Origin: an uncultured Balneolaceae bacterium | GTDB taxonomy: Bacteria; Bacteroidota; Rhodothermia; Balneolales; Balneolaceae | DNA length: 64,000 nucleotides | Assembly: GCA_913057825.1 (NCBI GenBank) | Contig: CAJXOW010000007.1 | Location: forward strand, 906-64,905 | Reading direction: 5' to 3' | In this document: one piece after another, positions 32,894 to 42,443 of the stretch | Layout of the letters: the number at the start of each line of letters is the position of its first letter | How positions within the stretch are numbered: position 1 is the stretch's first letter | Position numbers and translations under genes: made by a program | The notes under the pieces: generated by a model | Databases searched by the model: none | Seen by the model: only the letters and a program-made list of their open reading frames with translations | What the model was told of the DNA's origin: nothing

Positions 32894-34939
32894 CTACAGT
32901 TCTTCTTTCAATTTTTCAATCTGGTCCCGAATTCGAGCTGCTTCCTCAAACTCCATGTTCTCAGCCGCCTGGTACATGGTCGTTCGCAGGTAATCCAGAA
33001 ATTCTTCCTTGTCGTCAAATGTCACTTCATTCATGGCCGGATTGGGTTTGTACTTGATCCCTTCCTCGGCCACTTTTACCACTTCAAACTCTTCCTCGGG
33101 CTCTTTTCCATCCTCCATATCAAAGGATTCAGACGATATCAAGGTCGGATCTACCAGCGGTTTGAGTTCTTTCTCGATCGTTTTCGGCTCAATTCCGTGT
33201 TCCTCGTTGTATTGTCGTTGAATCTCGCGTCGCCGCTCGGTTTCCTCGATGACCGTTTGTATGCTGTTGGTAACCTTGTCAGCATACAGAATAGCCTTTC
33301 CATTCACGTTACGAGCAGCACGGCCGACAATCTGAAACAGGGAGGTCTCTGAGCGCAAAAATCCTTCCTTGTCAGCGTCCAGGATAGCCACCAGGCTTAT
33401 TTCGGGGATGTCGATTCCCTCACGAAGCAAGTTGATGCCGACCAGCACATCGTAGTCCCCCCGGCGGAACTTATAGATCACCTCTACCCGTTCCAGGGCG
33501 TCAAGTTCGCTGTGCATATAAGCCGCATCGATTCCCAGGTTTTTCAGGTAATCGCTGAGTTCTTCACTCAATCGCTTGGTGAGGGTTATACAGAGGACCC
33601 GCTCTCCTCGCTCTACACGATCGCGAATTTCATCTATAATATCATCGATCTGGTTATCCACCGGACGCACTTCGATCTCGGGTTCCATTAATCCCGTGGG
33701 ACGCACAATCTGTTCGACGACTACCCCCTCGCTTTTTTCCAGTTCATAGTCACTCGGTGTAGCACTGACAAAAATGACCTGGTTGACCATCTCCTCCCAC
33801 TCCTCAAATGTGAGAGGACGATTGTCGAGAGCCGAGGGAAGCCGGAATCCGTGCTTCACCAGGTTGGTTTTTCGAGAACGATCTCCCCCATACATAGCTG
33901 ATATCTGGGGAACCGTCTGGTGACTTTCGTCCACGACCAGCAAATAGTCATCCGGAAAATAATCGATCAGGCAATGGGGGCGCTCGCCAGGTTCACGTCC
34001 GCCAAGATACCTCGAATAGTTTTCAATTCCAGCACAATAGCCGATCTCCTGCATCATCTCAATATCGAACAGGGTACGCTGCTCCAGCCGTTGCGCTTCC
34101 AGGTTTTTGCCCTGCTCCCGCAGCACTTCGGTCCGCCAGTACAACTCCTTCCGAATCTGCTTAATTGCCGACTCCAGGCGCTTTTGGGTAGTCACATAGT
34201 GAGAAGCCGGATAGATATGAAACTCCTGCACCTGCTCGGTAACCTCCCCGGTATCGGGATCGAAAATTTCCAACTGCTCGACTTCATCGCCCCAGAACGA
34301 GATGCGCAACCCGTGATTGGCATAAGCGGGATACAGGTCCACCACATCCCCCCTCACCCGGAACCGTCCACGCGTAAACTCCGCATCGTCCCTTGCATAA
34401 TGCAGGTCTACCAGATCATACAACAATTTATCCCGGGGGATCTCCTCGCCCTGCCGGAGCGTGATAATCAGCTTTTTATATTCAGAGGGGGATCCGATGC
34501 CGTAAATGCAGCTTACCGAAGAAACGATAATCACATCATCACGTCCCGATAAAAGTGAGCTGGTCGCACTCAGCCGCAACCGCTGAATCTCGTCGTTTAT
34601 CGACAGATCCTTTTCAATATATTTATCCTGGGTGGCAATGTAGGCTTCAGGCTGGTAATAATCGTAATAGGAGATAAAAAACTCGACCCGATTTTCAGGA
34701 AAATAGTCGCTCAGTTCCCGATACAGCTGGGCTGCCAGCGTCTTGTTATGGCTCATCACCAGGGTCGGCTTGCGCACCTGCTGAATAACATCCGCTACCG
34801 TCCGGGTTTTCCCCGATCCGGTTATACCGAGCAGTGTCTGGTACCGATCGCCATTTTGTATGCCCCGAACCAATTGCTCAATCGCTTCCGGCTGATCGCC
34901 GGCAGGTTCAAAAGGTGATTGCAAATTAAACTCAGCCAT
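32894..34939 (-). CDS. uvrB: Excinuclease ABC subunit B
   Basis: GITGSGKT Walker A, DESH box, and a C-terminal UVR motif (FEEAARIRDQI). Confidence 0.97.
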   Translation of the reverse strand: MAEFNLQSPFEPAGDQPEAIEQLVRGIQNGDRYQTLLGITGSGKTRTVADVIQQVRKPTLVMSHNKTLAAQLYRELSDYFPENRVEFFISYYDYYQPEAYIATQDKYIEKDLSINDEIQRLRLSATSSLLSGRDDVIIVSSVSCIYGIGSPSEYKKLIITLRQGEEIPRDKLLYDLVDLHYARDDAEFTRGRFRVRGDVVDLYPAYANHGLRISFWGDEVEQLEIFDPDTGEVTEQVQEFHIYPASHYVTTQKRLESAIKQIRKELYWRTEVLREQGKNLEAQRLEQRTLFDIEMMQEIGYCAGIENYSRYLGGREPGERPHCLIDYFPDDYLLVVDESHQTVPQISAMYGGDRSRKTNLVKHGFRLPSALDNRPLTFEEWEEMVNQVIFVSATPSDYELEKSEGVVVEQIVRPTGLMEPEIEVRPVDNQIDDIIDEIRDRVERGERVLCITLTKRLSEELSDYLKNLGIDAAYMHSELDALERVEVIYKFRRGDYDVLVGINLLREGIDIPEISLVAILDADKEGFLRSETSLFQIVGRAARNVNGKAILYADKVTNSIQTVIEETERRREIQRQYNEEHGIEPKTIEKELKPLVDPTLISSESFDMEDGKEPEEEFEVVKVAEEGIKYKPNPAMNEVTFDDKEEFLDYLRTTMYQAAENMEFEEAARIRDQIEKLKEEL

Positions 34940-35308
34940 ACACTCAGATTGTCTGTATTTAGGAGGCAGTAAATTTCATTTCTTGCGCCTGACAGACCCT
35001 AGTAACGCGTTCGAGTTAAAATTATTCGAAAATGTTCTGGACGGGGCTCGAGAAATCGTTCAATTCCTTGTATGTTTAGCGGCCAGGGTGGAAACAGGTC
35101 AGTTTTACTTGAGATTATCTGTTCTTATCCCCTTAAAAAGTATAATTTGTTATTCATTTTTATGTAATTTATTACTTAAGCAGGTGTTGCTTTGGTGTCC
35201 GCTGGTACTGAGTACTTATCCGCCGGAGTATGGCAAATTCAATCGGAATATCGGCTACGCTGTTTAAGGATTCATTTAAATCCCCAATAAAAAGAGTACG
35301 TCCATCAC

Positions 35309-36442
35309 ATGTCAGACGACCAAAAAGAGTTAAAAGGTCCGCGCAAACGCATCGACGAAATCGACGAAAAAATTTTAGATCTCCTCTCTGAGCGCAACCA
35401 GGTCGTTCAAGATGTCATCCAAACCAAGATAGAAAAGCAGCTGCCAATTTTTGTAGCCAAACGGGAAGACGCCAAGACCCGATCCTTTCGTGAGATGGCA
35501 AAGAAGCGCAATCTGGATCCCGACTGGGCCGAGGATTTTTTACGTATGATTATGGGAGCCTCCCGGGCTTCACAGTCCACCAATACTTTCCCGCGCGCCA
35601 CCGATGAAGTCAAGCACATTTGCATCTTCGGCGGTAAGGGAAGCATGGGTCGTTTATATGCCCGCATCGGCCGTCAAACCGGTCATGAGGTGTATACGAT
35701 TGATAAGGACAATTGGGATGAACTGGATGCGTTTGTCGATCAACTTGATCTGGCTATAGTTTCGGTTCCCATCAATGTGACCGGGCAGGTGATCGAACAG
35801 GTAGCGGAAAAAATAAATTCTGACACGATCCTGGCCGACTTCACCAGCCAAAAAACCGATCCCCTGCAAAAGATGCTGGAAGTTCACGACGGACCGGTAT
35901 TGGGGCTGCACCCTATGCACGGTCCCGACGTTCAAAACCTGTCCAAGCAGTTGCTGGTCGTGTGCGAGGGGCGTGATATGGAAAAGTCGAAATGGGTAGT
36001 CGAGCAAGCCCAACTATGGGGCATGCGTATAAAGGAAGCCGATCCCGAAAATCATGATCATGCCATGAACCTGGTCCAGGGCCTTCGCCACTATGTAGCC
36101 CTATTGCATGGCTCCTTCATGAAAGAATATGATTTGAACCCGGACGATATACTGGACTTTTCCAGTCCGATCTACCGGGCCGAACTGATGATGACCGGTC
36201 GGATATTTGCGCAGGATGCCGAGCTTTATGCTGATATCGTGCTTTCCAATGAAGAAAGGCGCCAACTGCTGCTGAAATTCTTTGAACACCATTACAAACT
36301 GGCCGAGCTGGTAAAACGCGGCGACAAAGAAGCCTTTATCAGAGAGTTCGAATCGATCTCCGACTTCTTCGGCGATTTCGCACAACAAGCCCTGGAGGAA
36401 AGTGGATATCTAATTAACCGGCTGGCCGATAGATTTACATAG
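35309..36442 (+). CDS. tyrA: Bifunctional chorismate mutase / prephenate dehydrogenase
   Basis: N-terminal CM_2 segment (LKGPRKRIDEIDEKILDLLSERNQVV), then a Rossmann region (ICIFGGKGSMGR) and a prephenate dehydrogenase body. Confidence 0.8.
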   Translation: MSDDQKELKGPRKRIDEIDEKILDLLSERNQVVQDVIQTKIEKQLPIFVAKREDAKTRSFREMAKKRNLDPDWAEDFLRMIMGASRASQSTNTFPRATDEVKHICIFGGKGSMGRLYARIGRQTGHEVYTIDKDNWDELDAFVDQLDLAIVSVPINVTGQVIEQVAEKINSDTILADFTSQKTDPLQKMLEVHDGPVLGLHPMHGPDVQNLSKQLLVVCEGRDMEKSKWVVEQAQLWGMRIKEADPENHDHAMNLVQGLRHYVALLHGSFMKEYDLNPDDILDFSSPIYRAELMMTGRIFAQDAELYADIVLSNEERRQLLLKFFEHHYKLAELVKRGDKEAFIREFESISDFFGDFAQQALEESGYLINRLADRFT

Positions 36443-36471
36443 CATCAAGGTCGTCATGAACGACCTTGATG
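36443..36471 (+). other. 12-bp hairpin directly abutting the tyrA stop codon
   Basis: CATCAAGGTCGT, CATGA, ACGACCTTGATG. No T-tract follows. Confidence 0.6.
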
Positions 36472-36650
36472 GCTCCATGCTCCAGGCTCCAAGCAACTAC
36501 TGCTTGCAACAGTATAATTAGGAATCAGCACCTAAATATAGTTCAGTCTAATAGTCTTTTTATAAAGACAAGCTCTCGACCATAATATGATTTTTTACTC
36601 GAGTTAACACTTCAGGCGTTGCGTGGAGCTTGGAGCATGGAGCTTGGAGC
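36472..36650. repeat. Heptad-arm palindromic element X1
   Basis: 5' arm GCTCCAT GCTCCAG GCTCCAA GC. 3' arm GC GTGGAGC TTGGAGC ATGGAGC TTGGAGC. 21 of 23 positions pair, around a 126-nt AT-rich interior. The element fills the tyrA/ferritin convergent spacer. Confidence 0.75.
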
Positions 36651-36653
36651 TTT

Positions 36654-37184
36654 TTACTCATTAGCATTCATTTCGTCTCCACCGTCTTCTTCCTCGCCGG
36701 TGCGCTGCGCGAGTTCCTGGTCCAGCATATACAGCCCGCCGCCGTCTCCGTCTATTAATTTGAGCCGGTCCAGTATCTCATTAACGGCATCTTCCTCTTC
36801 GACTTGCTCATCTATAAACCAATTCAATAAGGTCTGCAGCGGATAATCGTTCTCTTCACGTGCCAGGTCGTACATCTCATGAATCCGCTTCGTGATATAC
36901 TGCTCATGTTCGAGGGCCTGCTCAAAAGCGTCAATGGGACTATCGATATCCACGTCCGGTTTTTCCAGTTCCTTGAGCTCCACTTCGCCATCCCGACGGA
37001 TAATGTGATTGTAAAACTTCATTGCATGCTCAATTTCCTCCTCCCACTGCATGCGCATCCAATGGGCCATGCCGGGATAGTTTTCGGTTTCGCACCACCC
37101 TGAAATGGCCAGATAGATATAGGCGGACTGAAACTCGGCTTGAATCTGATCGTTAATAGCGTCTAAAACTTTTTGCTTAATCAT
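36654..37184 (-). CDS. Ferritin (non-heme, Ftn-type)
   Basis: The ferritin-like di-iron ligand pattern (E...ExxH...E...QxxE) is visible. 176 aa with an acidic tail. Confidence 0.85.
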   Translation of the reverse strand: MIKQKVLDAINDQIQAEFQSAYIYLAISGWCETENYPGMAHWMRMQWEEEIEHAMKFYNHIIRRDGEVELKELEKPDVDIDSPIDAFEQALEHEQYITKRIHEMYDLAREENDYPLQTLLNWFIDEQVEEEDAVNEILDRLKLIDGDGGGLYMLDQELAQRTGEEEDGGDEMNANE

Positions 37185-37332
37185 AAAAGGCGTCTCTTGT
37201 TTAAATGATTAAATACGGTTCAATGGGGATTGCCCAATTTAGCCGACACCTCTGGTATTCGGCTATGCTTCTCAGCAAAATTCAACTTACAAAATTTATG
37301 CTTTAAAATGAATGTGAATAAGGGGGCGCCTT

Positions 37333-37474
37333 GCCCGGATGACACCCGCTTCTGTGTAAAATTTTATATGTGTTCCTTTCTTTAATTGGTTTTTTGGACA
37401 GAGAACTTTGACGATATGGAGTAGAAATATTTTTCTAAAGGAAAATTTTACGCAGAAGCGGGTGTCATCCGGGC
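37333..37474. repeat. Family-1 palindromic element, copy A
   Basis: 33-bp arms GCCCGGATGACACCCGCTTCTGTGTAAAATTTT / AAAATTTTACGCAGAAGCGGGTGTCATCCGGGC, with one T:G position. The 76-nt interior aligns to copies B and C. Confidence 0.8.
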
Positions 37475-37690
37475 TGATTACGTTTTTTGCCTGGCGAAGT
37501 GACTAATCATTCAATATCGAAATAAACTAATTTTATGGTCTTCCGGACTTGTGCCTCCGGATTTCATTTCTTGGGAAACGCTCCATTTTCAAATGTTATT
37601 CAAGCGATGCACTTTTCGCTGTCCTTCATTGATCTTTCTGCATACCAATTCACATGGGGAATACTGGCTGAAACGCATAAAGTTATTTGA

Positions 37691-39808
37691 CTAATCCTTG
37701 CCGCTCTGTATCGTCCGTGGTTCATTCCCATGGCCGGAACTGATCAAAAAATGTTTCCACTCTGTAAGCTCTTCCACCATTTGATGATGACGTTCTCTTT
37801 GAGAAGCATATTTAAGCTGACTGATGAGCTGGTTTGCCACAGAATCCTCCCTTAAGTACATTAGTCTTCTTGCTACGCGTGCGAATGTATTGAAATTCAG
37901 CAGGGTAATATCGGACGAGTCGACCCCGGCTGCGTATCGGTCCAACACTTGCCATGTTCCACGATTTATCACACGGTTCAATACTATGGATTTGAGCGGG
38001 CCCGGAATGGTATCAAAACGTTGAGGAGAAGGCGACATTTTACGATATATTATATCGGTCGTGAGCGCCCAGGTAGATGAATCTTTACGTAATGTTTTGG
38101 CTCGCTTATGCAGAGTGTACTCGAGGGCATTCTCGGAAAAGTTGGCATCCGCAATTCGGAGGACAGCCGGGAAGTAACGATTCGCCTTCAGCAGCGTATC
38201 AACTCGTGCGGATGATGTAAGCACTCGTCGGGCGTTTCCCTGTTGCAGCTGGTGATAGGCCCACTCGCTCCACAGGCGCAGGTCGGGACATCGAGGATTG
38301 CAGGCCGACATAATTACATCCCGTGCTTTTGCAGTATCTCCTTCGGCTAACCGGAACCGATAGCGATCCCACGCCTGTTCGGACTTGGTTTGAGTGTGGG
38401 GACAGCGCTTTTCGAACAGGGATGGAATGCTGAATAGTGCAGATCGACGGGCCCGGTCGATCGAATCAACCGGCACCGTTTCCAGATGCCGGTGCCACCC
38501 GGCTACCAGCGAATCGATCGGTTCGGGATAGGAAGCCTGAATATCGGCTGTTCGATAGAACTTTTTCAAATGGTCGATCTCGAAATTACGCAGCAGGTGA
38601 CGAATAAAGGATCCCATAGTTACGTAGTTCACCGTCTGTCGCCCCCCATAAAAGCCGGTAAAGGATAGTGAGTTTTTGATTTGTTCGGCCGGGGGATACG
38701 GTTGTTCGGCGGCCACCAACTGATCGACCGTTGAATAGGAGGACTCGTTTCCGGCAACGGCCACCGCCAATCCTTCCACCATTCCAATGTTCCAGCTAGC
38801 GTTCAGCAAGCGGTTGCCAAACGGCTTGGCCAGCACGTGCACCATTTCGTGTTTCAGGCTTGCCGACAACTGGGGATATGCTATGTGCAGCTGGTCCTGT
38901 TTTAGCCATACCGGCACGTAACTGGTGAACTTAGCCCCGACCAGTCGTTTTTTCTGCCAGGGATGCGCGTAGATATAGCTTTCGATGCCCGGGGCAAATT
39001 GAGAGGCCTCTACCTCCAGGGTGTTCGCAATGTCCCGAAAATAAAACTCGTGTCGAAGTTTGTAATACTCTGCTTGTTGCTGTTCTACAAGAGAGGAGTC
39101 ATAATAAATTTCAAAATGACCGGAGGATTGGTGTCCGCCGAGCTCTTGTTGAATCGCTGCGTTGGGTCGAACCAGCCCCATCTCGGTTAAATTGAAGTAC
39201 CCCAGTATCAATCCCGCAGCCGCCAGCCACGTCAGGTACCGGGCCGAAGCAGAAGTCCCGTAATCCGTGAAAAACCAGAAGAGCATGCCCCACAAGAGGG
39301 TTATCCCCCGAAAATAAACCAACGTGATCTCAAGAGGAAGCACTTCATCGTATATCGGACCCGGCCAGTATCCCCAGATATGGTTGTAGAAAAAGACTTG
39401 AGGAAAGGAATAAAACTCTATGAGAAACTCGCCTATCGCAATTGCCAGTACCACTAAAATAGCCCAAACCCCCGGCATTTTCGTGTTCAACCGCCGAAAC
39501 AAACGCACCAGCGCATAAGCAAGGAAGATGCTGACGGAAGGAACAAACACCCAGAACCCAAGTCCGTCGATGCTGAAACACCCGGCCCATAGATCTTTTA
39601 TCAAAAGTGGAACAGCCGCCAGGTATACGAGGAAAAGCACCCACAGGAGACGCTGAATATCCTTTTGACCGGAAAGGATCGATTTACGTCCATATCCTAT
39701 GGCCACGAAACTTCCCAACAGCCCTGCCAGGAAAGCCGACTCAAAATGCAGGTGCCCCACCAACGGAATCCAGGCGATGGCAACTCCCAGGAGCACGGCG
39801 ATGCCCAT
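37691..39808 (-). CDS. Polytopic membrane protein with a zincin-like HEMVH motif and a helical-repeat C-terminal region
   Basis: Many N-terminal TM helices, then ...SLKHEMVHVLAKPFG... The start was moved to MGIAVLLG (39808) because the upstream extension runs through repeat X2. Confidence 0.6.
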   Translation of the reverse strand: MGIAVLLGVAIAWIPLVGHLHFESAFLAGLLGSFVAIGYGRKSILSGQKDIQRLLWVLFLVYLAAVPLLIKDLWAGCFSIDGLGFWVFVPSVSIFLAYALVRLFRRLNTKMPGVWAILVVLAIAIGEFLIEFYSFPQVFFYNHIWGYWPGPIYDEVLPLEITLVYFRGITLLWGMLFWFFTDYGTSASARYLTWLAAAGLILGYFNLTEMGLVRPNAAIQQELGGHQSSGHFEIYYDSSLVEQQQAEYYKLRHEFYFRDIANTLEVEASQFAPGIESYIYAHPWQKKRLVGAKFTSYVPVWLKQDQLHIAYPQLSASLKHEMVHVLAKPFGNRLLNASWNIGMVEGLAVAVAGNESSYSTVDQLVAAEQPYPPAEQIKNSLSFTGFYGGRQTVNYVTMGSFIRHLLRNFEIDHLKKFYRTADIQASYPEPIDSLVAGWHRHLETVPVDSIDRARRSALFSIPSLFEKRCPHTQTKSEQAWDRYRFRLAEGDTAKARDVIMSACNPRCPDLRLWSEWAYHQLQQGNARRVLTSSARVDTLLKANRYFPAVLRIADANFSENALEYTLHKRAKTLRKDSSTWALTTDIIYRKMSPSPQRFDTIPGPLKSIVLNRVINRGTWQVLDRYAAGVDSSDITLLNFNTFARVARRLMYLREDSVANQLISQLKYASQRERHHQMVEELTEWKHFLISSGHGNEPRTIQSGKD

Positions 39809-39838
39809 TGCTTTATAGTTAAACCAGGGGGCGTTTTT

Positions 39839-40015
39839 GGAATTAGAAATTTTGAATTTTGAATTATGAATTATAGATATGATGAGAAGTATACATAGAT
39901 TCTGGGGCATTCTTCTTATAGATATTGCCTGCAATCAATATAATAACAGATGCGAATACTAACCCCTACTGCAATTTCATGACGTGATCAATTCAAAATT
40001 TGAAATTTCTAATTC
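39839..40015. repeat. Heptad-arm palindromic element X2
   Basis: Arms GGAATTAGAAATTTTGAATTTTGAATT / AATTCAAAATTTGAAATTTCTAATTC. 24 of 26 positions pair. The arms show 7-nt periodicity (GAATTTT units). Interior of about 124 nt. Confidence 0.75.
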
Positions 40016-40057
40016 TCGAGCGGCAGCGAAGGGCAGGGAAAGCGCTCCGGTCGCGAA

Positions 40058-40909
40058 TTACCGCTGGAACATGGTGGTCAGTATAAACCAGATGTTTTCT
40101 TTTCTTTCCATGAGTCGTCGTTTGAAGTAGGGGAACCACATGGTTCCGTAGGGCACGTAGATGCGCGAATTATATCCATCTTCCGTCAGGTCTTCCATCG
40201 TGGTTTGCCGGAGGCCATAGAGCATCTGGAATTCAAAGCGTGACGGTCCGATGTTGTTTCTATCGGTATAGTCGAGCGTCCATTTAATGAGTTCGTCATC
40301 GTGGGTCGCGATGCGGGGATAGCTGGTCTTTTCCAGCAGCACTTCCGCATATTCCTTAAACGCATCGCGTATGGCGTTCATATTCTGCAGGGCGATGCGC
40401 TCGGGCTCGCTGTAAGCTCCTTTACAAAGTCGTACATCAGCCCCCATATCCGCCAGGTCCCGCACATCCTCTTTCGTGCGATGCAAATAGGCTTGCAGGA
40501 CGATTCCCACATGCTTGCCGTACTTCTTATAGGCCTGTTTGAAGATATCGATCGTAGCCTGCGTATAATCCGAGCCCTCCATATCGATACGGACAAAGTT
40601 ATTGGTTTTCTGCGCTTTATCCAGAACTTTGAACAAATTATCCCGGCAAAGTTCATCATCGATATCAAGACCCATCATAGTCAACTTCACCGAAATGGTT
40701 GAATCGAGGCCGGCTTCATCGATCTTATCCAGCAGAATCCGGTAGGTTTCGGCCGACTCCGACGCCATGGATTTATTGTCCACGTTTTCTCCCAGCTTAT
40801 CGAGCGTCACCTGGATATTTTTGTCATTCAACTCTTGTATACGAGGCAGTGCATGGTCAAAATCTTCACCGGCCACAAACTTACGCGCCAGAAAAAACGG
40901 TAGTTTCAT
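40058..40909 (-). CDS. Proline dehydrogenase
   Basis: The 283-aa monofunctional PRODH barrel pattern (FVAGEDFDHAL...VTLDKLGE...VRIDMEGS...IVLQAYL...VRLCKGAY) is recognisable. Confidence 0.85.
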   Translation of the reverse strand: MKLPFFLARKFVAGEDFDHALPRIQELNDKNIQVTLDKLGENVDNKSMASESAETYRILLDKIDEAGLDSTISVKLTMMGLDIDDELCRDNLFKVLDKAQKTNNFVRIDMEGSDYTQATIDIFKQAYKKYGKHVGIVLQAYLHRTKEDVRDLADMGADVRLCKGAYSEPERIALQNMNAIRDAFKEYAEVLLEKTSYPRIATHDDELIKWTLDYTDRNNIGPSRFEFQMLYGLRQTTMEDLTEDGYNSRIYVPYGTMWFPYFKRRLMERKENIWFILTTMFQR

Positions 40910-41045
40910 TCGATCTATCCCTTCCTTGGTATTCAGCGGTTCATTCCACTCTTAAAATATAAAAAATCCACTCCTCCTCCACCCCTTTTGAAACTTGTCC
41001 CAAAATTTTCCGTATAGATTTAATGTGAGCAGCCTTCGTTGTCGG

Positions 41046-41195
41046 CAGGCCGGCTCCTCGTTCTAAAAGTTTTCTCACGAATATCGACAAAATCCGGGTT
41101 AAGCGCCATTAACGAAACGGTAATCACTTATACTCGCGATTTTCAAGAAAACTTTAATACTTCGGATCCGGCCTGCCGACAACGATGATATGCTA
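41046..41195. repeat. Family-2 palindromic element, copy D (most divergent)
   Basis: 18-bp perfect arms TCGTTGTCGGCAGGCCGG / CCGGCCTGCCGACAACGA. Core ends CTCCTCGTTCTAAAAGTTTTCT ... AGAAAACTTTAATACTTCGGATCC resemble those of E, F and G. Confidence 0.7.
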
Positions 41196-41233
41196 TTTAC
41201 ATTAAATCAAGTTCAATTAAACAGGAGTTTGTT

Positions 41234-42190
41234 ATGAGTCGAAGAAGATATTTTATTCAACAATCGGTAATGGTGATGGTCGCGGCGTTGTTGTGGACGA
41301 TGACCGTGTGTGTAAATTCCGTGCGTGCCCAGGCGGATCAACCGGATTCAGACCGACCGGTGTACCGAACGGAATCGTTTTCCATTGACACCCCGGCCGA
41401 GCTGAACGTGCATACCTCAGGCGGATTTATCAATGTGAGCGGCCGGGAAGGATCGGATGTGACGGTTAAAGTATATGTGCAGAAAGACGGCCAATATTTG
41501 TCGACGGATCAGACCGATCTGAAGAATTATGATCTGACGATCGAACACGAAGGATCGAAGATTGACGTCCGTGCCAAAAGCAAGGGGTTCTGGGGAAATA
41601 ACAGCATGTCGGTTTCTTTTGTCGTCACGGTCCCCCGTCAGACGAGCAGCGAGCTGCATACCAGCGGTGGATCAATCACTACTAAAAATCTCGAGGGACA
41701 GCAGCAAGTACGCACGAGCGGCGGACATCTGACCCTCACGGATATTGAAGGCAAGACCGAGGCCCGCACGTCCGGAGGCCATATCAACTTGTCGAACGTC
41801 ACCGGCGACACGGAAGCGCGTACCAGCGGCGGACATATCCAGGTGGACGGCCTCACTGGCAACTCCAGCTTGCGAACGTCGGGCGGTCATATCACGCTCA
41901 ACGACATTGCAGGTACGATCAATGCCAGAACCTCCGGCGGCCATATAAACGCTGCAATAGTGGAAGTCGGCGATCATGTTGACCTGAAAACCAGCGGCGG
42001 CAACGTCCACGTCACTGTTCCCGGCGGTAAAGGCTACGACCTGGACCTGGAAGGCAACATGGTCAGCTCCAAGCTCGAAAACTTCAACGGATCGGTCGAG
42101 CGAGATGAAGTCAAAGGTACGGTCAACGGCGGCGGACCGCGCGTTTATGCCAAAACTTCCGGCGGGATGGTTAAGGTTGACTACAAATAA
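41234..42190 (+). CDS. DUF4097-type beta-strand repeat protein (putative adhesin)
   Basis: Signal peptide plus repeated (A/V)RTSGGHI(N/T/Q)L units, at least 8 copies. Confidence 0.75.
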   Translation: MSRRRYFIQQSVMVMVAALLWTMTVCVNSVRAQADQPDSDRPVYRTESFSIDTPAELNVHTSGGFINVSGREGSDVTVKVYVQKDGQYLSTDQTDLKNYDLTIEHEGSKIDVRAKSKGFWGNNSMSVSFVVTVPRQTSSELHTSGGSITTKNLEGQQQVRTSGGHLTLTDIEGKTEARTSGGHINLSNVTGDTEARTSGGHIQVDGLTGNSSLRTSGGHITLNDIAGTINARTSGGHINAAIVEVGDHVDLKTSGGNVHVTVPGGKGYDLDLEGNMVSSKLENFNGSVERDEVKGTVNGGGPRVYAKTSGGMVKVDYK

Positions 42191-42209
42191 TTCTTCGTTG
42201 CTTTGCCGG

Positions 42210-42361
42210 GTAAGCCCCGGATGACACGCGCTTCGGCGCAAAATTTCATATGTGTTGCTTTGTTTGCCGGTTTTGAAGACTTGAGAACTTTGACGGTATG
42301 AACTCGTATTTAAGACTATAGGGAAAATTTTGCGGCGAAGCACGTGTCATCCGGGGCTTAC
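42210..42361. repeat. Family-1 palindromic element, copy B
   Basis: 38-nt arms GTAAGCCCCGGATGACACGCGCTTCGGCGCAAAATTT... / ...AAAATTTTGCGGCGAAGCACGTGTCATCCGGGGCTTAC with 2 mismatches. The interior is nearly identical to copy C. Confidence 0.8.
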
Positions 42362-42443
42362 AAACAACTTCATACTGACCTTGATACCTCAAATTTATTG
42401 GGGGGGAAAACTAGTTTGGAAGTAGTACCCGGGTCATATGATG